Shown piece by piece: positions 60,924 to 64,000 of a stretch of DNA of 64,000 nt. The notes beneath the pieces were generated by a model. The model made no database searches. It was not told the DNA's origin and was given only the letters and a program-made list of their open reading frames with translations. The stretch is from Candidatus Woykebacteria bacterium (lineage in GTDB: Bacteria > Patescibacteriota > Microgenomatia > Woykebacterales > RBG-16-39-9b), in assembly GCA_040876345.1 (NCBI GenBank), contig JBBDPM010000006.1, positions 6,803 through 70,802 on the forward strand, given 5' to 3'. Numbering within the stretch: the first letter of the stretch is position 1; every line of letters starts with the position of its first letter. The position numbers and the translations under genes were made by a program.

Positions 60924-62147
60924 ATGGATCAAAACCAAATACCCGTCCCTATTAGTCTCACCCACCTACCAAAATCTCAAGATAATAATCCAGAAATCCA
61001 AGCTGACCATCCTAAAAAAAGGCTATTGTTAAATAAAAAAATTTCCTTCGCCTTTTTAGGCTTGTTAATAACGGTTGGCGGCGCCTTTATTGTTGTTTTA
61101 CCACGCGCCCAGACCGTGAGATTTGCAGGCTCTGCAAGAGAATCTTTATCTACCTCTTTCACTAATCTAGATTCCGTAAACTCTTCCCTCAATTCCCTTT
61201 TCAAGTTCGCAACAAGCTCAGAAGATAGTGTTAAACTTACCAAATTAACTGACACTTTTGAAAAATTTGATTTGATTTTGGGGGCAATTACGGAAAATGG
61301 CCCAGAACAAAAGGCAGAAGACGCTAACTTGGGCGTAAGACTATCTTTATTAGTGAGAACCTTAACTGGTGTGTTTCAAAATCTTGAGATTTCAGAGCAA
61401 GGCGAGGTTTTGTTTAAAGAAAAGGTAAAGGGCTTCACCACACCCGCCAATGATCCCCGTAAACTTTATCGTGACCAAAGAGATCTTGCTACAAAAGTAC
61501 TCTCATCTGTGAAATCTTCTGAAAACTCTCTAGAAATATTGGAGAAAAGTCTTGGGAAAAACCAAACCCCAAGTTCCTTATCCTCCCTTAAAAAGGATTT
61601 ATCAGACATTCGGGAAAGCTCCGAAAAGTACACTTCGGAAGCGGAGAAAACCGGTAACTATTATGTTCTTATATCTGATCTTTCAATTGAACTTGAAGGG
61701 GCTTTTGAGACCTTTCAACTCTCACTGGACTCGACCAACAACGTATCTTCCTTAGTTTCAAGTTTTGATGAGGCTTCAAAAAGCCTAAAGAAGCTAAAGG
61801 GAAGTCTTGACTCAATTCCTGAAAAGGAGCGACCAAAAGGAATAGCCGACTTACACAACGACTCAATAGAGCTTTTTGACTTGGTAATAAAGTATTTTGA
61901 CTCATTGAAAGTATCCGCAATTAAACAAGACGAAAATGCTATACTAGATCTGTCACTAAAAACTTCGGTAAAATTAAACCAGTTAGTTTTGGCAGGCAGA
62001 GACCACGAAATATCGTTTTGGAAGAATAATGAAAATCTAAATTCCTACGATAGTTTAAGTGATAGTCACACCAAAGTCCTAAGTCAGTTGGAAAAGACAA
62101 AAGAAGAGAGCAACATATTCGTGTTGAAATTCATGGGGGTAAGATGA
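60924..62147 (+). CDS. Hypothetical membrane-anchored protein (407 aa)
   Basis: One TM (FAFLGLLITVGGAFIVVL); extracellular Ser/Leu-rich region. Confidence 0.5.
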   Translation: MDQNQIPVPISLTHLPKSQDNNPEIQADHPKKRLLLNKKISFAFLGLLITVGGAFIVVLPRAQTVRFAGSARESLSTSFTNLDSVNSSLNSLFKFATSSEDSVKLTKLTDTFEKFDLILGAITENGPEQKAEDANLGVRLSLLVRTLTGVFQNLEISEQGEVLFKEKVKGFTTPANDPRKLYRDQRDLATKVLSSVKSSENSLEILEKSLGKNQTPSSLSSLKKDLSDIRESSEKYTSEAEKTGNYYVLISDLSIELEGAFETFQLSLDSTNNVSSLVSSFDEASKSLKKLKGSLDSIPEKERPKGIADLHNDSIELFDLVIKYFDSLKVSAIKQDENAILDLSLKTSVKLNQLVLAGRDHEISFWKNNENLNSYDSLSDSHTKVLSQLEKTKEESNIFVLKFMGVR

Positions 62148-62728
62148 GCTTTAAAATTTGTGTTTCTGGCGCAGCTGAAGGAGATTGTGTTAATAAGGAG
62201 ACCCTAGAAAAAGCTGAAAAAGTAGGGGGGTCTATCGCCAAAGCAGGAGCAGTATTAATCACCGGGGCCACGACTGGAATACCGCATGCAGCCGCCAAAG
62301 GAGCAAAAAAGAAAGGCGGAATGTCAATTGGCTTCTCTCCAGCGGCCAGTAGAGGAGACCATATTAACCGCTATCACTTACCAACTAATTATCTTGATCT
62401 AACCGTTTACACAGGCTTTGGATACGCTGGAAGAAATTTGATTTTAACTAGAAGCGCTGATGCAGTAATTATTGCCTGTGGCCGTATTGGCACTCTAAAC
62501 GAGTTTACAGTGGCCTTTGAAGACAAAAAACCGATTGGTATTTTAGAAGATTCTGGTGGAGTTGCGGATGAAATCGAAGAACTCACCCGAATTGCTCATA
62601 AACACGAATGCAAAGTTCTATACGATTCAGATCCAGAAAGCTTGGTTAAGGGTTTGATAGAGGATCTAAAAGCAAAGTACCGCGAAGATAAAGAGAAACT
62701 TTCGCCCATCGGCCATCCTCCAGATTAA
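62144..62728 (+). CDS. LOG/TIGR00725 family Rossmann-fold protein
   Basis: GGxxGxM...GRIGTLNEF pattern of LOG-like proteins. Confidence 0.65.
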   Translation: MSFKICVSGAAEGDCVNKETLEKAEKVGGSIAKAGAVLITGATTGIPHAAAKGAKKKGGMSIGFSPAASRGDHINRYHLPTNYLDLTVYTGFGYAGRNLILTRSADAVIIACGRIGTLNEFTVAFEDKKPIGILEDSGGVADEIEELTRIAHKHECKVLYDSDPESLVKGLIEDLKAKYREDKEKLSPIGHPPD

Positions 62729-62731
62729 AAC

Positions 62732-63373
62732 GTGCACAAGACTAACTCAATTAACAAAGTTCTAAATATTTTACAAAAAACTTATGCTGGGCAAAAAGGA
62801 GCCGTGGAACTTGGTGATCCTTATAAAGTCTTATTCGCAACTATAATTTCCCAAAGAAACAAAGACGAGCTCACTGAAATTGTAGCGGCTAGATTGTTTA
62901 AAAAATATCCGAGCGTAGAGTCCCTTTCAAAAGCAGATACAACCGACTTGGCAAAAATTATTTATCCGTCTGGCTTTTACAACACAAAAGGAAGAGTTAT
63001 GGTTGAAGCTGCTAAAGAGATCGCTGATAGATTTGCTGAGAATATTCCCAATCGAGTTGAAGAACTTACTTCATTGCCAGGGGTTGGACGTAAAACTGCC
63101 AATTGCGTGCTCGTTTATGGCTACAATCTACCCGCGATAATTGTCGATACTCATGTTCACCGCATTAGCCAAAGACTTGGTTGGCTAAAATCAAAAAATC
63201 CAGAAGAGACCGAAGTTAAACTCGGAAGAATCGTCCCCAAGAAATACTGGAAAATCATCAACACCGTGATGGTAAAGCACGGTAAATCAATCTGTTTACC
63301 GATTGGTCCTAAATGCCACATTTGCCCAATATTAAATTACTGCCCCTATGGTCAGAATCGAGTTAAAAGTTAA
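62732..63373 (+). CDS. nth: Endonuclease III
   Basis: HhH-GPD (LPGVGRKTA) and a C-terminal 4Cys Fe-S cluster. Confidence 0.85.
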   Translation: MHKTNSINKVLNILQKTYAGQKGAVELGDPYKVLFATIISQRNKDELTEIVAARLFKKYPSVESLSKADTTDLAKIIYPSGFYNTKGRVMVEAAKEIADRFAENIPNRVEELTSLPGVGRKTANCVLVYGYNLPAIIVDTHVHRISQRLGWLKSKNPEETEVKLGRIVPKKYWKIINTVMVKHGKSICLPIGPKCHICPILNYCPYGQNRVKS

Positions 63374-63430
63374 GGTTGCGGGTAAGATCCAAGAGGGAGT
63401 AAAATGCAATTAGAAAGAAGGTGAGGACGT

Positions 63431-63688
63431 ATGGCCAAGGAAAAAGAAATAGGAAAAGTTAGTCATTTCTACGACAAAATAAGTGTCGGTGTAGTAAAGC
63501 TATCTGACAAATTAAAGGTGGGGGATAAAATCCATATCCAAGGCTCCCACGATGATTTTAAGCAAACCGTGGAAAGCATGCAACTTGAGCACAAACCGAC
63601 TGATGAAGCTAAGAAGGGTAACGAGGTTGCAATAAAAGTGGCGCAAAAAGTCCACGACAACGACAAGGTTTACAAAGTGGAAGACTGA
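63431..63688 (+). CDS. Small beta-barrel protein (EF-Tu domain-2-like)
   Basis: 85 aa; GKVSHFYDKISVGVVKL...VGDKIHIQG pattern. Confidence 0.45.
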   Translation: MAKEKEIGKVSHFYDKISVGVVKLSDKLKVGDKIHIQGSHDDFKQTVESMQLEHKPTDEAKKGNEVAIKVAQKVHDNDKVYKVED

Positions 63689-63719
63689 AGTTAATTTTTG
63701 ACTTTTGAACTAATTTATT

Positions 63720-64000
63720 ATGTATATAGGGATTGATATTGGTGGTACCCACATCAGAGTCGCCAAAGGATCGGGCAGAAAAATTTCAGAAAAAGTTGAT
63801 TTTCCCACAAAAACGTTTGCCGAAAACAGAAACGAGATTGCAAACGCTGTATCTAAATTGGGCAGTGATGGTGTGAAGATGGTCGGCGTCTCCGCTCCGG
63901 GACCAATTGGGTACCGAGACAGCAAAATTATCGATCCAAACAAATTTACAGGTTGGACCGGCATGGATTTAAAAAAAGAGCTGAGCGAGGCCTTAAACCT
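63720..64000 (+). CDS. ROK-family sugar kinase (glucokinase-like), 5' partial (runs off the window)
   Basis: MYIGIDIGGTHIRVA N-terminal ATPase motif. Confidence 0.7.
   Translation, partial: MYIGIDIGGTHIRVAKGSGRKISEKVDFPTKTFAENRNEIANAVSKLGSDGVKMVGVSAPGPIGYRDSKIIDPNKFTGWTGMDLKKELSEALN

Overview
The window reads as an AT-rich, gene-dense chromosome segment that looks CPR/Patescibacteria-like (my inference from the gene content and composition), interrupted by at least nine short GC-rich intergenic islands. Backbone genes: clpP, tRNA-Val(GAC), thrS, tsaC, infC-rpmI-rplT, a T-box leader followed by aroF(DAHP synthase)-pheS-pheT, a class A PBP, tyrS, recG, rpmF-nusB-acpP-rnc-rpsP-KH-trmD, a complete minus-strand type IV pilus locus (pilB, pilT, pilC, pilD, eight pilin-like genes, a PilX-like gene, pilM, pilN, pilO), holB-gyrB, gyrA, glyA, a Xer-type recombinase, an HD hydrolase, dinB, a thermonuclease, mscS, nth and others. 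The islands carry small orphan ORFs with strong GGAGG ribosome-binding sites, palindromic operators, a tRNA-like fragment, a PadR-type gene with an in-frame TAA stop, and a stand-alone FabF-like ketosynthase. I saw no rRNA, CRISPR array or transposase. The most notable non-coding elements are a T-box riboswitch upstream of aroF/pheST, a promoter-to-terminator small-RNA candidate after rplT, leaderless clpP and gyrA transcripts, and a probable AUU start for infC. All coordinates and motifs come from reading the sequence by hand; no computation or search was run.
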